Positions 1 through 13,960 of a DNA stretch of 64,000 nucleotides are shown one piece after another (the stretch's first letter is position 1; each line of letters opens with the position of its first letter). This stretch comes from Octopus vulgaris. Its lineage: Eukaryota. Below the pieces are notes generated by a model. The model searched no databases. It worked only from the letters and a program-made list of their open reading frames with translations, and had not been told where the DNA came from. A program made the translations under genes and the position numbers. Location: assembly GCA_951406725.2 (NCBI GenBank), contig OX597825.1, positions 55,242,001-55,306,000 on the forward strand, in the 5' to 3' direction.

Positions 1-190
1 GTCACACGCTCTCATTATATGTATACATATATGCATGCATGTAAATGCATGTGCATACGTATATTTGTATATGAATAAATACACTCACACATGTACATAC
101 ACACAATAATATATATATATACACACACATGTAAATATACATTACACACACATATGTTTATATACATACACATATATGCACAATATATAC

Positions 191-237
<47 letters not shown>

Positions 238-320
238 CATGTATATATACATTACACACACATATGTTTATATACATACACATATATGCACAATATATAC
301 GTATATATATATATATACAG
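1..320. repeat. Compound (TA)n/(CA)n microsatellite with an internal ~110-bp duplication
   Basis: Dinucleotide runs. The block ATATACATTACACACACATATGTTTATATACATACACATATATGCACAATATATACG occurs at ~135 and ~245. Confidence 0.9.
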
Positions 321-325
321 ATACA

Positions 326-418
326 AGAGTGGCTATTTGGTAGTAGCTTGCTTGCCAATCACATGGTTCCGGGTTCAGTCCTTCTTGCCTTGGGCAAGTA
401 TCTTCCACTATAACCTGT

Positions 419-491
<73 letters not shown>

Positions 492-830
492 GTGTGTCTG
501 TGCTTGTCCCCACAATATCTATTTCTTTACTACCCACAAGGGGCTAAACACAGAGAGGACAAACGGATTAAGTTGATTATATCGACCCCAGCGCGTAACT
601 GTTACTAATTTTATCGACCCCGAAAGGATGAAAGGCAAAGTCGACCTTGGTGGAATTTGAACTCAGAATGTAGCGGCAGACAAAATACTGTTAAGCATTT
701 CGCCCGGTGTGCTAACGTTTTTGCCAGTGCACCGCCTTGTTCACACAATATCGCTTGACAACCGATGCTGGCGTGTTTACATCCCCATAACTTAGCAGTT
801 TGGCAAAAGAATCCGATAGAAGCCCGCCTC
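326..830 (+). mobile_element. tRNA-derived CORE-like SINE (family A) with internal microsatellite, interrupted by another SINE
   Basis: A-box-like TGGCTATTTGGTAG, B-box-like GGTTCAGTCC, CORE-like CCTTGGGCAAGT, then (TG)n(TA)n. The 3' body resumes at ~744 and matches many other copies in the window. Confidence 0.8.
520..743 (-). mobile_element. tRNA-derived SINE with Meta-like central domain (family M), nested in a family A SINE
   Basis: Minus strand has GAGTTCAAATTCC (B box) and GCCTTTCATCCTTTCGGGGTCGATAAAAT. Target-site duplication CACAATATC at 511-519 and 744-752. Confidence 0.85.
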
Positions 831-989
831 TTACATAGATATATAAGTGTGAACAATTCTATGTACTATGCTGAATACATTGGTGTTCGTCTGGTATGTT
901 GCTTTTGTTCATTTTTATGTGTCTTGATTATGCTTGCAATGAAGATTAAAAAGTGCATTATGCGCACTAATTATGAAATCCTATGATCT

Positions 990-3260
990 GCAGCTCAATC
1001 TGTTTTTAAAAGGCTTGCTTCGAGAGTTGCATTCCCATGCATTCGGTACAATGTGTTTGTTATGGTAGTTTTTGACTTTAAGGGTCCCTCCTAGCAAGAG
1101 GCATTTATGTATAGTAATGCCCATAATATAAATAAATATATTTAAAGGGAAAAATTGATGTTTTAAATCTTTGCTCAACATGAGCAATAACTTCATGCAA
1201 AATGTTGTTATCCAAAGTTCTTACAATAACTACTGGTTCTTGATATCAACCATGCTTCTCTGATGGTTCAGTGACACCATCCAGAACTTGGCAGTAAAAT
1301 TCTTCAAAACCTGTTTTTCTTGATATTTGCAGTGAGAACCTACGATTTGAACAGCTTTCACAAAATTATCAGTTCACTGTCATGAGTGAGCCACAGTTAG
1401 GGCATTCAATCTTAATGTCAACACTGTCTATCAACCTATCAGTCTGCAGGAGATCAGATTACCAGTTAGAACATCATCTCACATGTCCTTGAGATTCATG
1501 CCCTTTTCTACAGTTAAGAAATTTAGCAATAAACCAACCAGAGCTCTCATGACATTTGAAGAGAACACCACTCAGCTCTTACCAAGCAAATCAAGGACAA
1601 AGCTTCAAGAAGATTCAGCAGTCTCACATCTTTAACATAACTAATGCCTGAGCAACCACAGTTAAGTCAATCCCTATAACCTAGTCTCTCTACCATGAGG
1701 ATTTGATAATTTATGCATATATTCATATTCAGCCTTCCTTTAAATAAATCTGATGTTAAATGTTTGCAAGTTTTGCTTGTTCGTAATATATGCAGCCAGC
1801 CTAATCTCACACCATGACTAATACAGCAATTACACCTATCACAACAATATCAATCAATTGTTATTTGAAATTTTGAAAACTTGAAAACAGAATCTCTGAG
1901 TCACTCAATATGGTTTCAGAAACCACTAATTAAACTTTAAACTGGTAATCTTCTAGGATTGCAATGAATCCCCTTACTTGAGCTAATTCTGAAGCTCTCC
2001 AATCCTCTGGATTTTCTAATATAATTGAAAATAGCTCAGAAAATTCAGTAATTTTGTTGGACAAAATGAATACTTGCCCCAATGAATAAGTCAAATGTTT
2101 CTCTGATAATTTTGGAAAGTGCCATCCAACAATTTCATCTTGTAGGGCTACTTGAGCTCTCAACTTAGAGAAAAAAGTTGAAACTTCTTTTAAAGTTTGG
2201 AAGAAAATTTGACCTTCAGAAATATTTAAAGTCAATTAAGAGAGTACCAAGTTAATTGAGTATGCATAACAATGTACAAATATGACAGTCATACCAAAAA
2301 ACATCATCTTTATTCTTGCTTGTATCCATTCAAATGCCCAGTCATCATGCTCACTCCATCAAACGGTTTATGCAATGAATTTTTGACCACAGTTGAATTC
2401 ATTAACAAATTTTCAGTTGCCATTGACATATCCCCAAACTCTTTCTAGCGATTTTCCTTCTCATTAACAAATTGCACAATGTGTAACAAGTGAAATTTCG
2501 TTTGAAGATACGTAGTCTCATCAAACAACAGCAACAAAAAATGTTTTGGTTTTTCAATCATTGCCTTAATTTTACCTTCAATTATAGCTGCTATACAATT
2601 AATGATCTCATTTTGAATATCACTTTGAAAGTTCAGAAAATGTGCAGCTGACATTTTTCTTCACAAAATCTAAATGCAATCTTAAACAATCATTGTATTC
2701 CGCTACTGCTTCGCATATAGTAAGAAAATTACCCTTATTGTTTGGTTCTTCTGTTTCATCGTGTCCGCCAAATGGTAATTCTTGACAAGCCAAAATTTCA
2801 ATACTATGAATTAACCTTTTCAATATATCATGATTTTCCTCCACTGATCTATTATCGAACTGACTCAAAGCTGCTTTCCAGTGATTGATTACTGTATCAA
2901 TCCATTGTCAGCCAAAGATTTTCAGAGCAATTACAGAATTCAGATGGTTCTGAGATTTTTGTGTTTTGTCAAAGCTGTAATCAAATTGTGCAAATTGCAA
3001 TAGCCAGTAGTAGTCCATGTGTTCTTAGCCTGACAAAATAACAGACATGGGAAACAGAACAATTTGTTCAGAATGGGACATCCCGTCATTCACTCATACA
3101 GTTCATAATACTTGGAATCAAAATAACGATGACATTCTTTGCTGCTTACTTAGGTTTTGATTTTCAGTTTAAGCTTTGGTATCTCTTTTCTGGGAATAAT
3201 ATCCTTCTTCTCTTCAAAGTTGCTTCTTGTAAAATGTCAGTTAAGCAGAAAGGAAACTGC
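990..3260 (-). pseudogene. Decayed hAT-superfamily transposase (ZMYM1/DUF4371-like)
   Basis: Collinear frameshifted fragments LACQELPFGGHDETEEPNNKGNFL, SDIQNEIINCIA, FLLLLFDETT, HCYAYSINL and FFQTLKEVSTFFSK. Many stops; TIRs not identified. Confidence 0.85.
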
Positions 3261-3597
3261 CATCCTGGGGTTGAGTGAAAGTCTGAAATATTTTACTGGG
3301 TTATAATATTTTTAAATGGATTGAAGCTTTATTCAGACAAACAATTTAAGGGCTAGTTTTCTTTTTTATGTAACCTTTTTAAATAATTTTGAATATTTAA
3401 AATTCAATTTTAGAAGTATTAGTATGGACAAATGGATGAAAACTTTACTTTTTAATCACAAAAAAATTAACTTTGCTGGTTGCTTCTTTTCACCTCAAGT
3501 GTGAACTAGTGAAGAAGAAAATTCTGGGTAGTGGTCGCATGACTGGATTTAGGTTTTAAGAAGGGATCAAGAATATGGGTAAAATCTTTTTAAAAAG

Positions 3598-3751
3598 CAA
3601 GCATAGCTGTGTCGTAAGAAGTTTGCTTCACAACCATATGTCTCTGAGTTCAGTTCAACTGTGTGGCATCATGAGCCAGGTGTCCTCTTCTACAGCTTCA
3701 GGCTGGCCAAAGCCTTGTGAGTGGATTTGGTAGACAAAAATGGAAAGAAGC

Positions 3752-3790
<39 letters not shown>

Positions 3791-3975
3791 AACACCACCA
3801 CTTGACAATCATTGTTAGTGTGTTTATGTAACTTAGTGGTTTGGCAAAAGGGGGATGATAAAATATGTATGAAACTTAACAAAATTACTGGGGTTGATTC
3901 ATTCAACTAAATATTCTTCAAGGCTGAGCCCTATCATGGTCATAGTCTAATGACTGAAACATGTAAAAGAGTAAA
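3598..3975 (+). mobile_element. Family A SINE
   Basis: tRNA-like head, AAAGCCTTGTGAGTGGATTTGGTAGA, internal (TG)n, tail TGACTGAAACATGTAAAAGA. Confidence 0.85.
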
Positions 3976-5687
3976 ATATACACTCTTCTGTACTGAATAA
4001 TCATATGAAATAAACCAGAATCAGTTATATAACAAACATGCAAATTGATTAAACATGCATTTCTTGTCTAAATATGTCTGGCTATGAGAAAAGCTGTAAG
4101 TCTTTTGAAGGGGCAATTCTTTGATCTTTGCTGCACAGGATGGTAAAAACAACTGCACTTCAGGATAAAATATTTTGACAGTGTGTCTGCTGGCTTAACA
4201 TGGCTGAAAGGCAAGCAATAAAATTTCTGCCTTTTCCTCTTTTGTCTCCCTTTTTTATGCTCCCTTCTCGAAGAGAATAACGAAATACAAAAGAATTAAC
4301 AGTACTGCTTTTTCTTACTTATACTGAAAGCAGACAAAATTGTGCTTTCATCTGCCTTTCTCTCAGTGACTTCCCACACCTTTGTTGTGTTTTTTTCCTT
4401 TCAGGCTTCCTACTCAAAGGGAAAAGGAAAGCAATTAATTCATTGCTTTCACTTCTTTTCTCACTTAGCAAACAGGATCTTTTTTTGCATACACTTTTTA
4501 AATAATATCAATTGTTTACAATTTATACTAAGAAATGAAGGAGTGGGAAATACCAAAAAAGTACCATGTGTACAATGAGGATAGTAAAAATTATCAATAA
4601 TTAATTTTATATAACTCAAAAATTATTTATCCCGGCAAAGGAAAGTAAGGAAAGCAGTGCATGAGTGCCATACTTGCACCCTTCACCTCTGGTATAAATA
4701 TGCCTATATGAGTGTTTATATATGTATACGCAGATATACATAGGCACACGTATTTAAATTATAGAAACCAGTCAGTTCATGTAACAAATAGTTTCAAAAT
4801 CACTCATTATCAGGAGATTTAGTTGGCTCATACCATTGTTTCACTTAGTTTTCTACCAAATTCCACTCATATGGTACTGGTCAAGCAGAGATCAAACTAG
4901 GAACTACATGGTTGTAAAGACAATTTCTTCACCATACATCACGATTCCGCTCAACAATGATTTGTTTCTACATTATCTGTAGTAATTATATTTACATCCT
5001 ATGATTTCAGTGTGCTAATTCTGATAATCACATAGAACACGATGCTGTTCTAGAGACAGGCCTTACACTACCAACCTCTGACCTCATGGATCATTATGCA
5101 GTAGCTTAGCCATGTGGATATTAACATCATCATTCACCCAGTGTACATCAATGAGACTCTTTATTGGTCAATCAGACAATAACTTTTTACTTTAGTGTAA
5201 TCTAGATTGGTCAGTATCCAGTATCTGCAACATTATGTCAAATATACTAGTCATTGTATACATCATTATATATCATTATATACACATATATATCACATGT
5301 ATATATATGTGTATGTATGTGTGTATATATATATATATCATCATCATCATCATCATCGTTTAGCATCCGCTTTCTATGCTAGCATATAAATATGTATATA
5401 TATATATACAGAGAGAGAGGAAGGAAACACACACACATATATATGTTGATGATATACACAAATACTCATATTACACAGAATGTTTTGGAGGTGCATACAT
5501 AACTGTATGCACACAGATACACACACACACACACATACAGTCGATGATATGCTTGTCAGTAGAATCATGTACTAAGCACATCATAAAACTATGAACAAAG
5601 TACAAAAACTCAGTACTAAGAGAAATATTTATAAACACACATTATATATACAAATATATACCTGCATACACACACATATATATATAC

Positions 5688-5718
<31 letters not shown>

Positions 5719-7059
5719 CATAAATGTATTTATTTATATAAGTTTAGTTGTGTATTTATGTTATGTGTGTGTGTGTATATAAGTATACACACAGAAAAGA
5801 TACATGTAATGTAATTTGTTTGTGTATGTATATGTGCATGCATTTTTTTTTTGTGTGTGGTGTATTTTCAATTGCATTCAGTTTTACCATGTTTGTTCAG
5901 TCCAGTCTAGTCCATCGTTCCAACTGCACTAACCATTCTCAATATTCCAGTAAGTTGATATATCTCCTATGGTCATTTAGTGTTAAATACAATACCATGT
6001 TGTCAAACTATTTGATTGATAAGATACTGCTCATTTTATTTGCAGCCAATACGGATTACGGATTACAGTGAAGAATATGGATAAACAAGACAAAGAAAAA
6101 CAAAAACAAACAAAAAAAATGAAATACGAAAATAACAACGTGATGAAGTAGTGGAAGAAGGGTTCGGAGATTAGCAAATTCAACAAAGGGTTAGAGACTA
6201 TATACTTGGTTCATGAATATTAACTACATACAATATGCAGCAACTGGAATTTTGCTTGAAACTGTCCCCTCTGTCCATTTTAGTTCTATCTCATTCATTT
6301 TTATTCTGTTTTATTGTATTTTTAAACAGATATCAATCAAACAGAAGCTAGAGGGTTGTTAGTATCATTGTCATTTTTTTCTTCTTTTTCTATTTTCTAA
6401 TTTTTATTTTTGTTCTGACCATTGGAGAAGTAAAAGTCTCAGCTATTTGTTAATGAGATTCAGGCATAGAGAAATTCTGCACGACAGCTTTCATTTTGAA
6501 TATTCATTACATCTCAAGAGAGAATTATTTCACTAATAATAATAAGAGGATGTGTAAACATCTCCCCATTTTTCTTCTCTTTTCTTTTTGTGTTGCTATT
6601 TTGTATTTTTGTACTTTCCTTGTTTTTGTTTCACCTTTTTAAAGATTTTTTTTCTTTTATTGTTGCTATCTTGATGTGAAGTTTGATTTTGGCACTTTCT
6701 CTGATTCCTCCCCAAAATGCAGTAGCAGTATTAGAGATGATAGTAATAGTAGTAGCAGCAGCTATAGTAGTAGTAGTAGTAGTAGTAGTAATAATAGCAG
6801 CAGCTCAGTAATTTTCTTTTGAGCACTATCAAAGTACTCTCAGGTAACAGCTGCAGTGATTGGCTCTGATTTTTTTCTTTTTTTTTGTTTGAATTCATGA
6901 AGCAGATGATAGATAAATCTTCTATGGGATAGGAAGATAGTCTCTTATTGGGGATAACATTTACAAATGATCTGGAGGTGCACAAGTGATGAAAAGGGAT
7001 TGAGGGACAATATCAATTTAAGTTTACTTCATAAATACATGAAATTGAGGCAAGTGTAA

Positions 7060-7553
7060 ACAAATCAAAATCGCTGGTATGGCCGATGACAGTACCGCCT
7101 GATTGGCACTCATGCCAGTGGAACATTAAAAGCACATCTGAGTGTGATTGTTGCCAGGGCCACGGATTGGCTCCTGTGCCAGTGACATGTGAAAAGTACC
7201 ATTTGAGCATGATCATTGCCAGCATCACTTTACCAGCACATGAAAAACAACATTGAGCGTGGTAGTGGCCAGAGCCGCTGGACTGGCTCCTGTGCAGGTA
7301 GCACGTAAAAACACCTTTTAAGCGTGGTCATTGCCAGAACCATCTGACTGGCCCTCGTGCCGGTGGCATGTAAAAGTACCCACTACACTCTTGGAGTGGT
7401 TGGCATTAGGAAGGGCATCTATTTGTAGAAACTTTGCCAGATCAGATTGAGCCTGGTGCAGACTCTGGCTCACCAGTCTTCAGTCAAATTGTCCAACCCA
7501 TGCCAGCATGGAAAGCGGACATAAAATGATGATTATGAGGATGATGATGATGA
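7060..7553 (+). mobile_element. RTE LINE 3' UTR fragment with about 5 degenerate ~55-65-bp repeats and (GAT)n tail
   Basis: Ends with GGTTGGCATTAGGAAGGGCATC...CCAACCCATGCCAGCATGGAAAGCGGAC...(GAT)n, homologous to the tail of the RTE at 61.1-61.3 kb. Confidence 0.85.
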
Positions 7554-7599
7554 CATCAGCAGGAATGAATTTTAACAGAACATCTAGGATTTCATGGGA

Positions 7600-8572
7600 G
7601 CTTTTTCAGTAATGTAGCTACTGAATGTGATAGTTCAACACAATAGCTACTAAATGTATTGATAAGCAGGTTGGTCATTCAGTATTGTAGCCACTGAATG
7701 TATGAGTGGAGAGGCTGATAGTTCAATATTGCAGCCAATCAGTCTATGGATGGGTAGCTTGGTAGTTCATTACTGTAGCCACTGAATGTATGAGTAGATA
7801 GGTTGATAGCTGAATAATGTAACTGCTAAATGTATAGGTTGGTAGTTCAACAGTGCAACCACTGAATATAGTTGTTCAATACTGTAGCCATTGAATATGG
7901 TAACCACTCAAAATGTAGGTGGGTAGATAGTTCAATAATATAGCTACAGAAAGTATGAGAGGATAGGCTTGTTGTTCAATACTGTAACCAGTGAATGAAT
8001 GGGTGGATATATTAATTTTTCAATAATGTAGCCACTGAATGTGTAGTTCAACATTATAACCTCTGAATGTATCTTATCTTTTACTTGTTTCAGTCATTAG
8101 ACTGCAACCATTCTGGGGCACTGCTTTGAATTCTTAGTCACATGAATCAACTCCAGTACTTATTTTTTCAAGCTTGGTACTACTTATTCTATCAGTCTTT
8201 TTTGCCAAACTGCTAAGTTACAGGGATGTAAATATACCAACACTGGTTGTCAAGTGGTGATGGGGGAGAGATAACCACAGACACACACGCACATTTTATA
8301 TATATATATATATACATACAAGAGGCTTTTTTAGTTTTCGCCCACCAAATCCACTCACAAGGCTTTGGTCCACCTGAGGCCATAGTAGAAGACACTTGCC
8401 CAAGGGACCATACAGTGGGACAGAACCCAGCAACATGTGGTGAGGAAGCAAGCTTCTTACAACACAGCCACGCTTGCACCTTTATGGGTGGATATATCAA
8501 TTTTTCAATAATGTAGCCACTGAATTTAGTTGTTCAATACTGTAGGCATTTGGTAGTTCGATATTGTAGCCA
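7600..8572. repeat. Degenerate ~45-50-bp minisatellite interrupted by a SINE
   Basis: Recurrent GTTCAATACTGTAGCCACTGAATGTA units on both sides of the SINE at 8071-8480. Confidence 0.8.
8071..8480 (-). mobile_element. Family A SINE, near full length
   Basis: Reverse complement of the family A consensus, from TCTTTTACTTGTTTCAGTCA to CTTCTTACAACACAGCCACGC. Confidence 0.85.
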
Positions 8573-9322
8573 CACCACCTATGTAATAAGAGCTAACAAA
8601 GTATACCTTTCATGAACACTCAACCTGTTACAAATGCAAATGCAACCAAATCTCCCAAACTTCACCAAGCTATCTTTAGAAATACATAATTTGGATAGTA
8701 CAGTTTTAGATATGTGATGTCTGAAAATAAATGGGAGGGTCAAAGTTGGAATGGTTTTGCTCATAGGTCTGCTAATCAGGGCTGGCAACAACAACAATAT
8801 CAGTAGCAAGGCTGCATGATAAAAACAAATACATGTAACTACATTGGTGAATGAATAGAAGCATTTATAATTTATGTCTGATGATCTCAGACATCTTTAA
8901 GCTAGGTGAGTAAACAACAGATAACATTCTGATATTTTTATGGTACCATTATCTGGCAGCTAGGTGGATCAGTCACTTTTAACATTGCCAGATGATCTGA
9001 TACCTATATCAGGCAACTACATGAACAGAGGAAACAGAAAATAAAACACAAAGTGGCTAACCCACTAAAGAGGTTAGTTACCAGATGCATATTTGAACTT
9101 ATGTCACAGATGTCCAGTAAACTGGTGGTTCAATACCATACCTATTGAAGCATCTTGCCTTTAATTACAAAACAATTTGTCTACAAATATTAAGGCTTCA
9201 TCTTCATATATTTTGTAACATTCACCATGATATAAAGTAAGGTAATTTATTCATATTGGTTATAATGAAATATTTCCACAGGTATCAAGCACAAGATCTA
9301 CAGAATAATCATCCTATCTACT

Positions 9323-9670
9323 CCTGGGCAAGTGTCTTCTACTATAGCCTCGGGCCAACCAAAGCCTTGTGAGTGGATTTGGTAGATGGAAACTGAAAGA
9401 AGCCTGTCATATATATGTACATATATCTATATGTATGTATGTGTGTGTGTATGTTTGTGTGTCTGTGTTTGTCCCCCCAACATCGCTTGGCAACCGATGC
9501 TGGTGTGTTTATGTCGCCGTAACTTAGCGGTTTGGTAAAAGAAACCAATAGAATAAATACTATTCTTACAAAGAATAAGTCCTGGAGTCGATTTGCTCAA
9601 CTAAAGGTGGTGCTCCAGCATGGCCACAGTCAAATGACTGAAACAAGTAAAAGAGTAAAGAGTAAGAGTA
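9323..9670 (+). mobile_element. Family A SINE, 5'-truncated
   Basis: CCTGGGCAAGTGTCTTCTACTATAGCCTCGGGCC...AAATGACTGAAACAAGTAAAAGAG. Confidence 0.85.
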
Positions 9671-9964
9671 TCAAAACCTGGATATTGTACAGGAGTTAAG
9701 TGAAGAAACACTAGGCCTCCATAATGAGACTATGTACTCAGCTATGAAAACCTCCTGGTGAGACACGGCTGACAGCAGTGAAATACTCGAGTGAGCAGAA
9801 TTGGTAAGTATGGAAGATATGCACATCAGAAATAAAAAAGAACCAATGTTGCATAGGGAATGTTGCCTGATTTATGCTAACCCATGTTATTGGTTATGAA
9901 TTATTTGTCTTGGTTCAGTTTTGTTGAATATTATAGAAACGACTGTCGCTGTTGTAATCTACAT

Positions 9965-10178
9965 ATAGGTATGGCTTGCAATTAAGAAGTTTGCTTATAT
10001 GGTTTCAGGTTCAATTCCTCTGTGTAGTATCTTGGGCAAGTTTACTACTACAGACTCAAGTCAACCAAAGCCTTGTTGAGATGATTTGATCATTGGAAAC
10101 TTAAAGAAGACCATTGCACGCATACACACACACACATGGATATATGTGTGTGAGTGTGTCTGTGTGTGTGTGTGCATG

Positions 10179-10209
<31 letters not shown>

Positions 10210-10470
10210 ATGTGTGTGTAGGGGATGGATTATGTCTTCCTGTCTTGACATTGTGTGATATATGTAAATGAATGTCACTGTCATGTAAGCAGCAATGTAC
10301 TTTGTTGCCACTCTTTTATGAAAACATAACTGGTCCCGAGGAAATATGACCTTATTTGGAAACAAATAGAGCTGGTGACAGTAAGGTTATTTGACTGCGG
10401 AAAATCTTCTTCAGCAAATTTTGTCCAAACTGTCCAAGCATGGAAAAATAGATGCTAAAATGATAATGGT
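9965..10470 (+). mobile_element. SINE with family A head and a different, RTE-like 3' part
   Basis: Same head and microsatellite as family A. The 3' body is shared with 17140-17410 and 10620-10775 and ends in (GAT)n-like sequence. Confidence 0.6.
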
Positions 10471-11151
10471 TATAAAAGTGACTAACAGATAATGTAATGA
10501 TATAATTAGAACTCACCATGATCTAATACAATTCAAAACATGTCACTAGAAAGGCTGTTCATGCTCTGTGTGTGTGTGTGTGCTTGCATGTGTTTGTTTG
10601 TTTGTTTGTTGATCATTTCCAGTCTTCTATGAAAACATGTTTCATACTTGGAAACAGGCGAAGGCTAATAACAGGAAAGGCATCCAGCTGTTGAAAACAT
10701 GCCTCAACAAATTGTGCCTGGCCAATTCAAACATGGAAACGTGGACCTTAACTAATGATGATGAGGATGATGATGGTATTCACATACACCCACACACAAA
10801 TAATTTGGTAGTAAATCGATTCAAAGGTCAACAGCTTCCTGCATTACACCTATCAAGGTTTCATAAATTCCATTCATGAAAATCTCAGCCCCTGTGTCAT
10901 TTATGCATCTTTACAGCCAAAGCAAAAAAAAAAAAAAACATCTGTCAATAAATCATTTACTCACTTTGCACTTTCAAAGACATGTGAAATAAAAGAACTC
11001 AGAGAACAAATAAATGTTAATGACAGAAAGGGCATCAGCTGTAAAACAACGCCTTGATAGTAAAATAGTCATCTAACCTGATGGTCACTTTATTTACAAT
11101 ATATCACTGGCAGAAGCAGATCCTAGCTTTCACTCCATTGTGCAGGTGTGT

Positions 11152-11196
11152 GCGGCTGATGAAGAGCCAACTAGCTCGAAACTGGGTCAGTCCCGC
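11152..11196 (+). ncRNA. Type I hammerhead ribozyme (intact core)
   Basis: Stem I GCGG/CCGC; core CUGAUGA plus one extra A; stem II GAGC-caacua-GCUC; GAAA; stem III CUG-ggu-CAG; GUC cleavage triplet with predicted cut after 11192. Confidence 0.8.
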
Positions 11197-11424
11197 GATC
11201 ATGTTAGCTGGTAAAGGTTAGTAGGGGTTCGCTCTTTCTGCTAGTGATATATTGCATAGAAAGGATGCAGAATGCTGCATTGAAAGCTACCTGGTGGAGA
11301 ATCTGCCTAGAGTTAAACTAGTAGTAACATTCAACTGCCACTTTGATGTGGCAACTCATTCTACTGAATATATATATAACCATCATCATCAAAATATATA
11401 TACACACACACATATGTATACATA

Positions 11425-11872
11425 TTCTTTTATTCTTTTATTTGTTTCATTCATTTGACTGTGGCCATGGTGGAACACCACTTTTAGTCGAACAAATCGA
11501 CCCGAGGACTTATGCTTTGTAAGCCTAGTACTTATTCTATTGGTCTATTTTGCCGAACAGCTAAGTTACGGGAATGTAGATATGCCAACGTCAGTTGTCA
11601 AGCGATGGTGGGGGAGGGGGACAAACACATATGTATGCACACACACACATATATATATATACGATGAGCTTCTTTCAGTTTCCGTCCACCAAATCCACTC
11701 ACAAGGCTTTGCTAAACTTAGGCAATAGTAGAAGACACTTGCATACGGTGTCACATAGTGGGACTGAACCTGGAATCATGTGGTTGGGAAATAAGCTTCT
11801 TACCACACAGCCAATATATATATTCTTTTACTTGTTTCAGTCATTTGACTGTGGCCATGCTGGAGTACCACC
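11425..11872 (-). mobile_element. Family A SINE plus a duplicated tail fragment
   Basis: Reverse-complement match to family A, with a second tail segment at ~11822-11872. Confidence 0.85.
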
Positions 11873-12126
11873 ATATATATATAAGTTTGGATTTATATTC
11901 CCTCAAATAATAATTATTATATATATATGTATATATATATCTATATATATATATAACTACACATAGCTCTAGTAACATAAGAATGAATGGGTGAAAATTT
12001 TCATAATCATATAATCCATAACATACACACACACACACATATATATATACATATATATATAAGTATATAATATATATGAATATATATAAATATATATATA
12101 TCTGTGTATATATATATACATATGCA

Positions 12127-12168
<42 letters not shown>

Positions 12169-12651
12169 TATATATATACATACATGTGTGTGTGTGTTTG
12201 TGTTAGTCTGTAGCCATGTTTAAAAATCAGCACATCAAGTTACATCCTATTATACTAAATGATAACTGAGCTATTCAATATATTGAGATAGAGGAAAAAA
12301 TGTCGCAGACTGATATAAGTTCCAGGGTCGATATGATCGCATAACCACACAATTGTACAACACATACACACACACATATGTACGTAACACATGTCCAAAG
12401 TCTGCAGACAGAACCATCCATTCATAAATCTGTGAAATGTAAACATTTAGCGCTGGTATGAAAGAATTTTTTGCAGGGTGGGCGAAGACAGGAGAGAAAG
12501 AGTTGGCGATGATGGTAGCTAAAAGAATGATAACAAGATGAATATCAGAGAAGTAACATATTTGCTTCTCTTTTGAATTTTATCAGGTCTGATATAACCA
12601 ATAACTTACATTCCCTCTTGTCTCGTGTCTGATGTGTAATACTGTATATAT

Positions 12652-12683
<32 letters not shown>

Positions 12684-12836
12684 GCGTGTGTTGAGACATA
12701 TGTAAATGTGTGTGTACATGTATTACACATCTGTGGTTGTTTGTTCATTCATTTTTATGTCCATTTCACAATGCTAGCATGAGTTAGCTATGTATATGTA
12801 TGTGCAGTTGTGTATATATATATATATTTGCGTTCC

Positions 12837-12876
<40 letters not shown>

Positions 12877-13585
12877 TTAGATGTGTGTGTGAGTGTGTGT
12901 GTGTGTGTATGCATGCGCGCACGCGTGTGTGTGTGTGTGTATACAGATACACTCTTTCACATACATTAACCAGAGGATATAACAATATGATGAGCATGTT
13001 TGAAACCCACTAACTTTGCTAACAGTAAGTGTTTAATAACATTATCCATCATTATAATAAGTTGCTTCCACTGTGTATATCATCATCATCATCATCATCA
13101 TTTAATGAACATTACCATGCTGGCATGAGTTAGACTACATGAGTGTGTGTGTATATATTTCAATGTTGCTTAAATTGACTTTGGTTATTTTCATTAGACT
13201 TCACTAAATTCATACATTTGTATCACTCAACTTATAAGCTGCTTTGGCCGCAGGGGAATTAGTCACTGGTATCATGGGTATTGTAGGTAGGAATGTATAA
13301 AACCATATAATAGTAAATGTGGAGTTTATTGGTAAACAAGGTCAGAAAGTGTTCATTCCAGTAATGGCCAATGTGTTGAATTACAATTCAGTATATATAC
13401 ATATTTTAATAAGATGAAATTGGGGAATAGTTTTGTTGCAGAGTTTGTTTGATAAGTGAGTTTGTTCATTTAATATCAGGTCAGAAAGCGTTGGAAAGGT
13501 GAATAAGAAAGAAAAACTTAAGAAGAAAAATGTAGAGTCAAGGTATAATGAAAGAAGTGAAGGAAAGGAATAAGTAGAAAAACAC

Positions 13586-13960
13586 ATCATCATCATGTAA
13601 CATCTATCTCCCATGCTGGTATGTGGTGGACAGTTTGACAGGAGCTGGCAAGCCAGAGGTCAGAACTAGGTTCCACTGTCTGTTGTGGTAGCATGTTTTT
13701 TACAACTGGATGCCCTTCTTAATGCCAACCACATTAGAGTGGACTGGGAACTCTTTAATTAGCACTAGTGCTGGTAAGGTCTGTTTGGCATAGCTTTCAT
13801 GGCTGGATGCACCAACACTGGCAATGTGTCTTGGTATGGTTTTTAAAGCTGGATGCCCTTCCTAATGCCAACCACTTTACAGAGTGGGTTGGGTACTTTT
13901 TACATGGCACCAGCCTTGATGAGGTCTGCTTTGGCATAGTTTTTACAGCAGGATGCCCTT
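13586..13960 (-). mobile_element. Old RTE 3'-tail-derived element with internal duplications
   Basis: (CAT)n followed by repeated GCTGGATGCCCTTCCTAATGCCAACCAC motifs. Confidence 0.7.

Noticed and set aside
4310-4410. Acceptor-like tracts on both strands
   Set aside because: No convincing exon and donor pairing; expected by chance in T-rich DNA.
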